Shown here piece after piece: positions 14,629 to 27,100 of a DNA stretch of 64,000 bases. A program made the translations under genes and the position numbers. The DNA comes from Sphagnum compactum. Its lineage: Eukaryota. Numbering within the stretch: position 1 is the first letter of the stretch; the number at the start of each line of letters is the position of its first letter. The notes below the pieces were generated by a model. It was given only the letters and a program-made list of their open reading frames with translations. It was not told the origin of the DNA and searched no databases. Where the stretch lies: assembly GCA_965153455.1 (NCBI GenBank), contig OZ234494.1:6200001-6264000 (forward strand), given 5' to 3'.

Positions 14629-17600
14629 CTATTCTTCAACCTCAGCTACAATCTCCTTGATCAGCTCAGTCTTGTATTCATCGAAGCTCCCAGGGTATTT
14701 TCTAACTGTGCCGTCCTCCACCACCCAGATCTCACTCCTCTCCTCATCTTCACATACACGTGAAATCAAGCGAGCATCGTGACTCACCAATACAACCCCT
14801 CCAGTGAATTCATCCAATGCATCGGCCAAGGCATCAATACTTTGCATGTCAAGGTGATTTGTAGGCTCATCAAGCAGCAAAATGTGAGGCCGGGACATAT
14901 TGATGGATGTGAAAACCACCCGTGCTTTTTGACCACCTGAGAGCTTTACAATTGGGGTCAAGTGGTTGTGGCTGGGCAAACCGAATTTCCCAAGCTTGGC
15001 ACGAACTGCTTCTTGCTTGCTAGGACCTTCTTGATCAGGGTGCAAACGCAAAAGATACTGGACTGGAGTTTCATCCATTGTCAGCAAGTCCACAAAGTGT
15101 TGAGAATATCGACCCACCCTTAGTTTCTGGCTCTGATGTGATCGTCCCTCAGTGGGTTTCAAGTCTCCAGCTAGTAGGTTCAACAATGTTGATTTTCCAG
15201 CTCCATTGGGACCAACAATTGCAACCCTGGTACCCATGTCAACTCCAACATCAATGCCCTTCAGACCGAAATCTGCACGGCCAGGGTAGCTGAACCCAAC
15301 ATCGATTAGCTGCAAGAGAGGAGGGGTAAGCTCTGTTGGCTCTGGAAAATGGAACTCAACCATGTAGTCTCGCCACTTCCGTGGAGCATCAGGAACATTG
15401 TCGTCCTCTTCAACTGCTTTTGATTTGCCCTTGGACTTTGCATCCTTTCCAGCAGCAAACTTAGCACGATCCTTGACCTTATCTTGCTGGGCCTTGCTCC
15501 CACTGCGCTTGGCTGCCTTCAACTGCTTCTCAAAGACTTCAAACTTTTTGTTGTTTTCCCTAAAACAATCAATTCGGATGAGGGGGTTAACCTTGAGTTG
15601 GGTTCAAAGTCTATGGACCATGACAGTGAATACAGCATCCAATATACAGCACCAAGAATTTTGACATCCCAAAAAATGCAGATCCAGGGGGGGTTGTTCT
15701 GCGGTCTATGAAGCTTGAGCTTGCTAGTCTATTTACCAGAAGACCATCAGTTCTTCAGAACTCATCTACATTCCTTTCCAAGCCCTTTCATGGTCGGCAT
15801 ACAGCACATCAGTATCCTTTTGCAGACAATAATGCAAAACTAACAGGCCCTTCTGATCAACAGCATATAAATGTTGTAATTCAAGTAAACCTAGTCACTT
15901 ACTGGCAAATGTCCAAGCCAGATGAAACGCTATAAGCGGCCAACCAAAGAGATAGCCTTATAAGGTAGCATAATGAGCATAAAGACTAATGTAACAGGAC
16001 TCTGACTGCATGCTAACAGGGTGAGATGCCCATGTAATCCAATGAACTCGGGAGAAAAGGTGAGATAAATCTCTTACCTGCGTTTCTGCTCATACATCTC
16101 CTCAAACGCTCCAAAGTTGCCTTTATAGAAGTGTAGCTTCTCATCATGCAAGTGGATGATGTCAGTAGAAACTGAATTCAGAAACTCACGGTCATGGGAA
16201 ACAACAATCAAGGTCTTCTTCCATCGTGTCAGATACTCCTCCAACCAGATCACTGCTCTTAAGTCCAAGTGATTAGTGGGCTCATCCAGCAGCAACAGTG
16301 TTGGTTGCACAAAGAGAGCTCGTGCCAATGAAATTCGCATTCGCCAGCCCCCACTGAAAGATTTGGTTGTCCGACCCTGCATTCATGTTTATCCTCAGAA
16401 ACAGACAAGAGAAAACCTGAATGCTAGCCCCTGAAAGTGGTCACAGAAAATCATACTTGAGGAAATTTGCCTGCCTTCACAAAGTCTGCCAAAAGGGGCC
16501 AACTGACTGGATAGCAAACACAAAAAAGATAAGAAAGCTTACCTGCATATCCTTTGAAAAACCCAATCCTGCCAAGATCTTGGATCCCCGGGCTTCAGCA
16601 GCATCTGCTCCAATTGCTTGCAACCTTTCATAGACAGCTGTCAGTTGATCTCCAGCATTGGCAGCATCATCATCTTTTTCCAGCTCATCCTCATCTTTTA
16701 AGGTAAGCTCTTGCAAACGAGCAGCCTCGGATCTCAAACTCATCAACTCCTCATCAGCAGAAACAACTGCCTCAAGTGCTGTTCGTTCATCCCCCACTAC
16801 TTCTTGTTCAACTAACAAAACATCAATGTTCCTTGGAACAGGAATCTGGCGCCAAGCAAGCAGTTTAAGCAAGGTTGACTTGCCTTTGCCATTCGGTCCT
16901 ACTAACCCATACCGTCGACCATGAACAATGGTGAGAGGAGTGTTCTTCAGCAGCTCCTTGCCACGAGCAGACACTGAGAAACTGTCAATCTTGATATCCT
17001 TTGCATTAGCATCTGTGCCATCCTCACCTTCAGTAAAGAAAGCAGGATTGTCAGGATAATAACCCTACATGACCACTTCAAAGTCTGAGCTCTCTCATTC
17101 TCGTAAGCACCTACTGCACACAACATTCTCAAATAAAGAGCTAAAAAATGGCGATCAAGAAAACAGATGTAACTTCTTGTTTAGGGCCTGAGAGATGGAC
17201 AAACATGAGCTACCTTCAAGCGTTGAGGTTTTTGCCCCAATCACAACAGAGAATGCATTCTTGTCATCTTTTAGTGCCTCTTGTTTGGCAGCCTCTGCTA
17301 ACTGAGCAGAAATCATTTCCTTCTTTTCTCGTTTCTTGACTTCCCTCTCTGACACTGACAAGTCAAGCGCTCGTCCTTGCCCACGCCTTGCTGCCAAAGC
17401 AGCTTCCTCATCACTGTCCAGCCCATCCTGAAAAGATAATTTTCACATCAGCCAAATGAGACCAATTCTGGGGAGTTCCAGCACCACAATTACAACAATT
17501 GCTGATCTACTGCTCCGGCAACCAGCTCAAAGTAGGGGGGAAAATCCATTATGCCAAGTGGAGATGACATTTGCACAGAACAGATCTTCTGCAGGGCTGT

Positions 17601-18164
17601 AAAATTTCCAGAACAGGTCAACCAAACAATCACAGCACCACTGCAAAGCAAAATAATGCTCCTTAGCACTCTTGACAATCCTCCTCAGGATCTAGGGTTT
17701 GCAAAGACAGGCTCTAAAACCCTTGAAAGATGATGTTCCCGTGTCCATTAGCTCCAGAGTCCTCGTCAGACCATATCTAGCACCTGGATTGATTAGAGTT
17801 TCAAACTGAGCAGGCTCGAATAAACCAGAGAACAAAAGAAGAGAAGGAATCGAACACAACAACGACAGAATTCTGTTCACAATCAGAAAACAACAACAAA
17901 AACAGGAAGGTATACCTCGTCCTCGTCATCGGAAGGAGGCAGGTCTAGACCAGAAGTGTAAGCGCTTGCCGCAGGGGCAGCCTTGGCTTTCGGCTTGGGA
18001 GCAACGGCAGGCTTCGGCTTGTCGATATTGGACAGGAACGCGGACACAGAAAGGCGTTCCTTCTTGGGAGCATCTTTCCCGGACTTGGCAGAGTCTTTAC
18101 TCTTGGCCTTTGCCGTTCCTCCTCCACCAGCAGCAGCGGCAGCCTCCTCCTTCTTCCGCACCAT
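14629..18164 (-). CDS. ABCF4: ABC transporter F family member (ABCF4-like soluble, ribosome-associated ABC ATPase); 5 exons, ~725 aa
   Basis: Exons 18164-17916, 17427-17214, 17027-16543, 16376-16078 and 15559-14629 join through GT-AG introns with consistent phases (2178 nt). There are two NBDs: GPNGKGKST / FSGGW / [12 protein letters not shown] and GPNGAGKST / LSGGQ / [11 protein letters not shown]. No TM segments; Lys/acidic-rich N-terminus ([10 protein letters not shown]) like plant ABCF4. Confidence 0.95.
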
Positions 18165-18449
18165 GGCTGCTATTCACAACGCACAAAGACTTGCAAATCA
18201 ACAACAACAACAGTCACAAAGCTCAGTGCAATCACTCAAATCCCTCCCCTCCCGCAATTGCAACGGCCGATACCAACACAACACAACACAAATCTTTTTC
18301 CGAGCTCTTCCTTCTAATTCGATTCCTTTCTGCATCCAAGAGCGTTTGATTCTTGGATTTTTTTCTTCAGATTTTCTTCAGGCTTTGCACGTGGATGATG
18401 CTCTGTTTCGTCCGCAGTCCGACCTGGCCTACACGCTCTTGTCAGCCAC

Positions 18450-18501
18450 TAACCCTAACCCTAACCCTAGAATATTGGGGGGGGGGGGGGGGGGGGGGGG
18501 G
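18450..18501. promoter_or_regulatory. Telomere-like (TAACCC)3 plus a G25 tract about 290 bp upstream of the ABCF4 start codon
   Basis: The sequence is read directly. Its role as a telo-box-like element is inferred. Confidence 0.35.
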
Positions 18502-19149
18502 ATGCACGTTCCCATAATGGATCACCCATTTCACGCTCCCTTATGGGGAACTGGCATGCATTCCCCACAAGGGAACATCACATTACCACATGGAGAACAT
18601 ACATTCATTCTCTTGATACATTTAGAAAATATAATTTTTATTACTATCTCGTTGGGTAGGAATTTGATAAATGTTTTGGCCATCCATTTAATATAAAATA
18701 ATCAAAATAAAATATAAAAAACATAATTTATTTTATATATGTTAAATGGTTAATTTTATATACAAATGTTTATAATGGAAAATATAAATATGTATGAAAT
18801 TCATCATAGTGATTCTTAAAGTTAAAGTTATTCTAAATGAATACCAAATAAAAATGTTAACTATGACAACTACTACATTGCTGGAGAATTTCCTTACATT
18901 ATTTCAAAAACTATAATTTACTACATTATGCAATTAATAGGAAATCATAATATCAATACACTAGAATTAAAATAAATGTTCAAGCTTCATTAGAAAAATG
19001 TCCCCACATTCCATTCATAGAGTAATCTTCTCATTTCCAATACAAGCTTTAATGTTTCTACTCAAAAAAAAAGACCCACAAAGTCTCCTATGATAAACTT
19101 ACTTCAGATCTGACATGCCCTTTGGTAATTACAAGAAGAAGTAGTTGTA

Positions 19150-21500
19150 ACTACTTTGTGTCATGTCGTTCTGCAATTACAATAATCTATCTATCATATC
19201 GACACAATAAGCTCAACTTATATGGACCTATCGACCTACTACATTTTGACAATACAAAAAGTATTTACTGGGATTATATTTAGTATTATTACTCTGCCAA
19301 CATGCTTAAGTATTTTCCTAATGTGTGCTCCCAACATAGGTGGTGCTACTCCTACTTGTAGACAAATTTGGAAATGATGCACCAAATAGTACATCTCAAG
19401 GGTAGGAATCATTGGCATGATGTACTCCATTTCCAACATCATGTGGAGCATATCATTCTTCGTATAAGGTTTAATACTCGCTCTCTCTGCTAGTGTAGGA
19501 TGTTCTACCTGTGATGGCATAGCTCCAAAAATAAGCTTTGTCACTCCAATCTCCACCCCCTCTCCTCCTGTACCAACTTTTAACCTTTGAAATCCCTTAA
19601 TTTGTTCTTCAGATGCTCCCACTTGGTTTATACCTAAGTTTTTTACGTTACCAGGTTCTTTTTTGATTGCATTCTAAGAATAGAACTGTGATAGTGAAGT
19701 AGTCTCATTTTCATCAGATATATCCACTATGTATGCATCTGCAATAATTTTTTCCCTCTTTTTGACTACTTCAGTTGATTTGCCTTCTTCATCAACTTGC
19801 CTATCTTTTCCCTTTATGCCAGCATTGTCTTCAGTCTATTCATCTAGTGTTATTCATTGATATGCCACATCCAAAACACTAACATAGTTTTTGACTTGCT
19901 CAAAATGCCACCTCCTGAATTCAACCTTAGCCTTTTATAGAGCTTCCCCTAACTCAATAGGACCTTCTTCTATCAGCTGATCATACAATTTTACCTGAGC
20001 TTGGTTTGCCACAACTATAGCCTCCCAAATTGTGTTGATTCGTAGGTGAAGATTCTGCACTTCAATTGAGTCATCTATACTCTAACGCCCGCACCGGATA
20101 TGGACCTCCTTTTGAAGTTTAGTTACTTTCGCCATGAGCAACTTTCGGTTTGGTAATGAGTTTGCCAAGCTCATTCAACTACCTCTTTCTAACAAGCTAG
20201 CACACTTTCATATTCTTGCATTGTCCTTTCCATATCCTTCAGTCTTTCTTACATACTCCATTGCTCCGCTTTGAAGGATTGAATCTCCAAACTCTATTGT
20301 TTTATCTCTATATATGCCTTGAGCAAAAGTTTTTGCTCTTTTATAATTTTCCTGTTTGTACAAATGATACATTTGTAATTCCTCTCCTTGACGGTCTGTT
20401 TCAGAAATCACATTGTGTAACTCCAAATTCTTCTCCTTTGTTACTCTTAAACTCTCAATTGTTTTGTTTCTACTATGGCCGATTCTCTTTGTCTCAAATT
20501 TGCATCTAACTAACCATTTCTTCTCTCCAACTTAGAAATTTTCACTCTAGATTGTTGTCTCTCCTTGAGTAGTGATTCACTATGAGTTATGAGTTCCAAT
20601 ACCTTTTTTTCCATATGCTTCTGATGCTACTCCAACTCTTGCTTCTATACTTGGTTCAGCAATTGACTCTTTATGTCCTCCAATTACTTTGCTAAAACAT
20701 CTTTCTCCCTTTGCAGCTCTGCAATTTGTGTTATCATAGCATAATTTCTATTTCCAACTCTCAGGGCTATTTCCTTGAGTTGATCAACCATAGAGCTTAG
20801 TTCTTCATCAACATTAGTGCTACTCATCTTTCCCAATTATTTTGTTTTGTTCGATATGACAACACCATTCCCTCTTGAGCCATGATGGAATTGGCTTTCT
20901 TCTGCTTGTTGTGGTAAAAGCTTCCGCTTACCTTGTTGTGTAGCTTCTTTTCTTGGTGGTTGTAGATTCCTTTGATTGTTCTACTACACAATTCTCGATG
21001 GTTATTGTTCCTGAATTCCTTTTTCCGTCTACTACTGCAAAATCTCCCTCTTTAGCAATTGATGGAATGGTTCCTTTTCTTGTTGTACCCATTGTCTTTG
21101 TTGATTGATTACCATCACCACATTACCTTCCAGCATCTAAGGTCTTTCTTCCACCATCTAACCCTCAACCACTTTTTCTTGTAGCGTCTTTATTTCTAAA
21201 GTCTACTCTACGTCAACATTGCCCAAACTTTGATCTTCTCCAAAAACTATTTTTATAACCTTGTTCACAACACTGGATGTTGCAATAGGCTTATTGACAT
21301 TTGCAACAAACTTACCAACATCCCCGTCTTGAAGTAATGATATTTTTATGACACATTGCTTGGGGTTGCTAATGATGCTCCTTTTTTTTTCCATGTTCTC
21401 TAGCATAATGGCATTCACATCCATGATGATCTTCTCCTTCCGCTTTTGAAGTTTATTTTTTTCTTGTATAACATTTTCTTACTCCCTTACAAACAACTCC
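19150..21500 (-). mobile_element. Decayed TE-derived coding-like region, family unassigned
   Basis: Strong purine bias on the minus strand, broken Glu/Lys-rich ORFs (19239-19622, 20208-20426, 21203-21424), no splice structure and no diagnostic motif. Confidence 0.3.
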
Positions 21501-22493
21501 TAGTAGTAATATCCTATAATGGTCAAGGTGGGTCCAACTAGGGTGCTAATTTCTTATGTCTTACCTACCTATGCTAGGTAATGACCAACATGACTAGTTC
21601 ACAATCTACCTAAGGACCTTTACCCTGAGGTAACATGCCCCCTAGGGCAAATTCTACCTTTGTTCATCCTTACAGCGAGGCATACCAGCTCACCTAGTGA
21701 CTCACTAGGTATTCTTTAGTAAAAAAGTCTGTACCTGCTTATTCAACAGGTTTTCAGGCAATCTTAAACGGCAGAATTGGCTGCCAAGGTTGATTCAGCC
21801 ATTTCCAACCTGCCTATGATACTTTGTGACCAATCTACCCACTTTAAGACCTGCCTACAGACCTTTAGGCTAAGGAATGCACTTCTAAGGGCATGTTCTC
21901 TAGTACTTAAGATGAAGAGGATCCATATTCCAACCAATCTATGCTAAAATGACCCTAATTGGCATCTTCTACCAGACACACCCTTCTTGCAATGGACACT
22001 CTCAGGGGTTGTAATTTTGTCCAATTCTTGGGGACACTAGTTCATGTTCCTGTTCCTCTTCAGACATGTTTTGGGTATGCAAAGAAAAGCAATCCCATAC
22101 TACAAGCAGAGAACTGTCAATTCAATCACTGCCTGACATGGACATTCCTAGTTGATACCAAGTTAGCTGTCTTACATTGAAGCTCTGTACTTGTTGATCC
22201 TGGCAGCAAATGCCCCATATGCTTAGATATATTTAGATCTGACAAGTGGACGACCGCAATCTAGGCTAAGAATATAACCATAGTACATGATACCTTGGCT
22301 TGGAATGGAAAATGACATCTTTGTGGAGAAGAGCAGGGGCACCCAAAAACAAAAGAGATTGCCAGTGCATTACGCAAATGGAGGCAAAGTCCAGTGAGTG
22401 GTCCCTAAGATGATCTAAGTGGGAACTCTCTATGCATAGACAAGGCAAAAGAATGCCTTCTGGTCTATGTTCAAGATGAGACTGAAATGATCT

Positions 22494-24188
22494 TCATGTA
22501 CAGAATTGACTCATGCAAATACCTGGCTTAGGACAACCGGCTGGCAATGGGAGTCTCAAATTCTGTGTTGTTCGGAAACTCCGTGGCACCATCCTGTCTA
22601 CATACAAAATCCCTTGCAAGTGGTCACACTCATGCTGCAAAATTCGGGCCTTCCACCCTTTGGCTGTGACTGTGATTGGCTGACCATCCCGTCCAAGCCC
22701 ACTGACCTCAACCTCAAAGTACCGCTCCACTAGTGCCCGATACCCCTCAACACTGCCCATACCCAAGTAGGACAAACACACCATGCAAATGAGGGCAGGG
22801 CAGGGCCAAAACTTACAGTTTGTATAGACAGAAAACAAAACACCCTGTTGTAAAGCATCTACAAACTGCAAAAGGTGAACAGATGTGCATGTGAGCACAA
22901 CAGCAAAGGTGAGAATGAGGAGGAGCAACTTTGAACCTGAGGCAGCCCTCAAAGAAAAATGCACTTCCACTGTTGGCTTTTTTGGTCAGTTTTGGATTGA
23001 TAATAACCTACACACCAAACAAACCACCCAATAACCAACATTTTGCAACTCATCCAAATTATGTGAACTCTGAGCATCTACATACATTGGGTTGGTAAAT
23101 AATCCACAATAATACTGTTGTTGCAGCAAGGTTCATAAAGAACAAAGTGTGTTGGACAAACCAAGAGATCAAAAGGGTATCGGTGTTGTGCTTCACATTC
23201 TTCAACGGATGTGTAACTCATAAGCTCTGTGGTGTCTTCCAACACAATTATCTATACAATCCACCACAAACCCCACAGCAGATAGTTACTACACAAGCTG
23301 ATTGTCTTCCCTTTCTTGCTCAAGAAAGGTCTGACGATTTTTAGTATGATCTCATGCCTACACAAATACCTACTGAAGCATACATACTGCAGAAGGGTTT
23401 GCTTGATTGATGAAGTGGACAAAGTATATGTATGCATAGGGGTATCACAGAACTGGACTTGCCTGCAAAGGCACACCAATCTGAGGAGCAGCAAGTCCGA
23501 CACCTGGGGCATTGCGCATGGTGGCCACCATATCATTGATCGTCTTCTCTATATGGACACTGCCTATGTCCTCCTTCTTAACCTCCTCTGCTGGCTCATG
23601 CAGCACTGGGTCCCCTGCCTGTAAAAGTATTGTGCACCAAAAACCTCACTTCTTAGTACATGCACTAAGACATGTACTACCCATCATCATCCTCCTCCAC
23701 AAATGCAATCTTCTTCCCTCCTCCTCCTTGCAATTCAAATCCTTCTTTCTGAGTCCACCAAGAAAGAAGGAACACTCGTATTCAAAGAAGAAGAAGAAGA
23801 AGAAGAAGAAGAAACTAGTCTGTGACTGAACCTGAACAACATCCGGTACTTTGGCTTTGCCATATCCAAAGAAGGACATGGGCACCGTGACAGGATGATG
23901 CCCGGTGTTGGCATGCCCATGGGAAGAAGGAGAAGATGGAGCTTGCACTACACTACAAAAGGGAGCAGTGTCCACCAAATGAGGCATCCGCAAGTCCATC
24001 TTGGAGCCTAGTCTTCTTCTCCAGCCGTGTGAATTCCAGCCGCTGCCTCTTGCTGCTGCTGCTCCTGCTGCTGATCTTGTTGTTGCTTGCACCACCCAGC
24101 AGCTGCTGCCATAACACTTACATCGTGGGAATGGAAGAGGAGCAGTTGCCGAAAGCAGTTGCAGAGAGGTCGCCGGTGCAGCAAGCAT
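22494..24188 (-). CDS. PDF1A: Peptide deformylase 1A, organelle-targeted; 5 exons, ~310 aa
   Basis: Exons 24188-23832, 23618-23463, 23251-23162, 23007-22937 and 22752-22494 (933 nt, in frame). All three PDF motifs are present: [15 protein letters not shown] and [17 protein letters not shown] and IIVLEDT match the PDF1A subtype. Ser/Ala/Arg-rich transit-peptide-like N-terminus. Confidence 0.93.
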
Positions 24189-24593
24189 GGGTAAGAGCTG
24201 CTTACCACCAGCAGCAGACTACTGCCGCTTCTGTCTGGTGCTGATGGGTATGGCGAACCGACAAGCACTCTCGGAATGCACCAACTAAAGCGCAGCCAGG
24301 CCAGCAACAACTACTCTTTCTGTTGCGGGTGTTTGCGAACTTGCGCTTTTCTTTCCCTCCTCCCATTCTTTGCGGATGACATTTGCAGTCGCAGAAAAAG
24401 TCTGGGTACCCATGCGCATTTCTGATGGACCCACCACTACCCCCAATCCACTCCCAAATGTATAGACTACGGACAACGAAGAAGAGAATCTGGGATGGAT
24501 CAAAGGGATACGTGCGGATCCCCAAAAATAGCAAGTGAGTCAGGCTCCTCTCGTCAGATGTTTTTTAGATCTGCCAGAAAAGTGCCATGCGAA

Positions 24594-24969
24594 CAGATCC
24601 ATCCAGTCAAAGAAGATGGGACTTGCACACAAGCATCAGGATCAGAGAAGGATCCGCCAAATTCCCATCAAGCATTGAGAAGAAGCAAATCTACTGCCAC
24701 AACCCTAAAAATCTGAATTCAGTTGGAAACTCTGATGTCTTCTTGTCTCCAGTGGCTTGCACGAATAATCATGGGCCATCCAACCAGATCCATCCAGCCA
24801 AAGAAGATGGGACTTGCACACAAGCATCAGGATCAGAGATGGATCTGCCAAATTCCAATCAAGCACTGAGAAGAAGCAAATCTACTGCCACAACCCTAAG
24901 TCTGAATTCAGTTGGAAAGAAACTCTGATGTCTTCTTGTCTCCTCCAGTGCTTGCATGAATAATCATGG
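24594..24969 (+). repeat. Tandem duplication of ~190 bp upstream of PDF1A
   Basis: CAGATCCATCCAG.CAAAGAAGATGGGACTTGCACACAAGC...GAATAATCATGG starts at 24594 and again at 24785, with few differences. Confidence 0.9.
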
Positions 24970-25899
24970 AGCAGCAGTGAGGGCAGGTCTTGAGGTTCTT
25001 CACAAAAATTCAGAAACATAATGATAGAAAACATGATGATGAATCATGGGGACCTTTTGCAGTGGCAACGACAGCCTCCAGCTCAAATTGGGTAGGACAG
25101 GACTTGGTTTCTTTTGTTTCTTGAGGGTTTCTGAAATTCAAAATAATGCCATATGCTGTTGCTGCCATATGTTTTTTCCCTGAGTTGTTCCATGCTGCCA
25201 ATAATGAACACTTCTGAATTTCAGGCAACAGTTTTTTTCGTAAGGAATGTGTTGTCATATTGCTGCAATTTGATGACATTCCTTCTTTGCCTTTGCAGCT
25301 TCTGAGGTTGTGAATTTAGTGTCCTGAATTGCAAAACACATATGTATTCAACAGAGGAAGAGACAGACAATAGTGGAGTTGGAAGCAAGATGCCGTGTTA
25401 AGTATGTAGCTGATCTAGACTGCTGCATCTCTGAGCAGTTCTCTTGCTGGGCCCTCCCTAGCAGCAAACTTGTCCTCAAGTTGGACTCCATCAAACCAAA
25501 AGGTTCTTTCTCTCACATTGTGCTCTAAAATCGTCACTGGGTGGTGCAATTTTCTCTTCTGAGATGTGGTATAATCAGGAAGCTCATCCAGTGGATGCCA
25601 GTGGCAAACAGAATGTCTTTTGTCACGGGATGGAGATTTTGTGTAATGGTTTGCTCAGATTTTGGGCGGATTGTTATATGCTTATCTGCATCCACTGTCA
25701 GGAGGTAATGAAGTCGGTGGGTAGTCGTGGCAACTTGTCAATGCTATCCATGATGAAGGTGATGGTGCAACACTTTGTGAGCGACTTTCTTTCATAAGGT
25801 TATGCCTACTCTCATTGTCGTGTTAGCTTCCAATTGTTGTTGTGGAGATTTCACTGCAACTCCATAGATATTTGTCATAATGCACTTGATCTTTATGAT

Positions 25900-27100
25900 G
25901 CTTGAGATAGAATGAGCAAAGTTGGGTAATATTTAGTTCTCACTCTAGTATGTTCCATGAGCTGCTGCTGCAATGGAATGGGTTTATCTTCCATAATTGT
26001 CTTACATGACAGTTATTGGCATTGTCATGCCCATACCAGGATTGAAGAAATTCATTATAGACTACATCAATTTGGAAACCCTTCCTAATGCAATTTCCAA
26101 CTCACCCATCACTTCTCTCTACAGGGATGATGCAACCAGCACCCTACCACCAGCCTTTACACTTTCTCCAAAATGTTTAACTGTTTCACTTGACATCTTA
26201 TTCAACTGTGAGTAGACCAGAGCTGGTGCAACTATCAGCCTCTTCTCCCCATGCATCTAGAACAAAGAAAATTAACAAGATTATTACTACAATCTCAAAT
26301 TGTGAAAATATCTCACCCAGCGCTAAGTTGTTGTCCATCACCTCTGAATTTTCAAGCCTGGTGCCATGCACCATAAGGGATCCAATTGTTTCCAAACAGA
26401 CCTGGCCAGGAGAGCACTCATAGTTGAGGCCTGATCCATGAGGACCCTTGTATAACAATCACACACACACACTATATATATATACATTAGAGAGAGAGAG
26501 AGAGAGATGCCAAGCAAACTTTGTGGAAGGTGAGCTTTTAGGTTGATGCCCAACATCAAACTTCATACCCATCTCAACTAGTTCTATGCTTGTGTGTGAT
26601 CCATGAAAAGAAAACAGGGGTGGATTAACACAATCTTTCATAAGCCCTCCTTCATAGGGGTAGCATCTATGACCACAAAAAGTACTTCCATGATGTAAGG
26701 ATTCAATAGATTTAAGGTGGCTTGATTAACATATTGTAGTCGAATTTGTGTTTCTCAAACATGAGGTTCTTTCATTCCCTCCATATGACATGGATCCTTT
26801 CATAAGGAGATCACAAGTTGCATTGTAATTTGTTTAGGACATAGAGGGTGAAGATAGGAAGGGACCCAATTGAACATGCTCAAGCATACACCATTTAGAC
26901 AAAGTGCATGCCTCTTCCATGTTGCCTAAGTGCTAAGTCAATGCCATGGACATTGGCTTGTGCCTCCTCTATCTAGGGTTGCAATCTAATCTTTCCATTT
27001 AATGAAGAACCTAAACCCTTCGTGCAAGAAGATTTTTGACATTCTTCTCACCACTTTTTAAGTTTGTTGTTGAAACATGAATGTGCCTTTTTTTTTTCCA
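25900..27100 (-). mobile_element. Decayed retroelement-like remnant interrupted by a CA/TA/GA microsatellite
   Basis: Broken coding-like frames. Compound microsatellite at ~26460-26508. Family assignment is weak. Confidence 0.25.

Noticed and set aside
17983-18696. 237-aa plus-strand ORF
   Set aside because: Antisense shadow of ABCF4 exon 1 running through low-complexity leader and poly-G sequence; no domain.
25030-25140. ATGATGA...CTGA resembling a C/D box snoRNA
   Set aside because: No proper terminal stem and no recognisable rRNA antisense element; such short boxes arise by chance.
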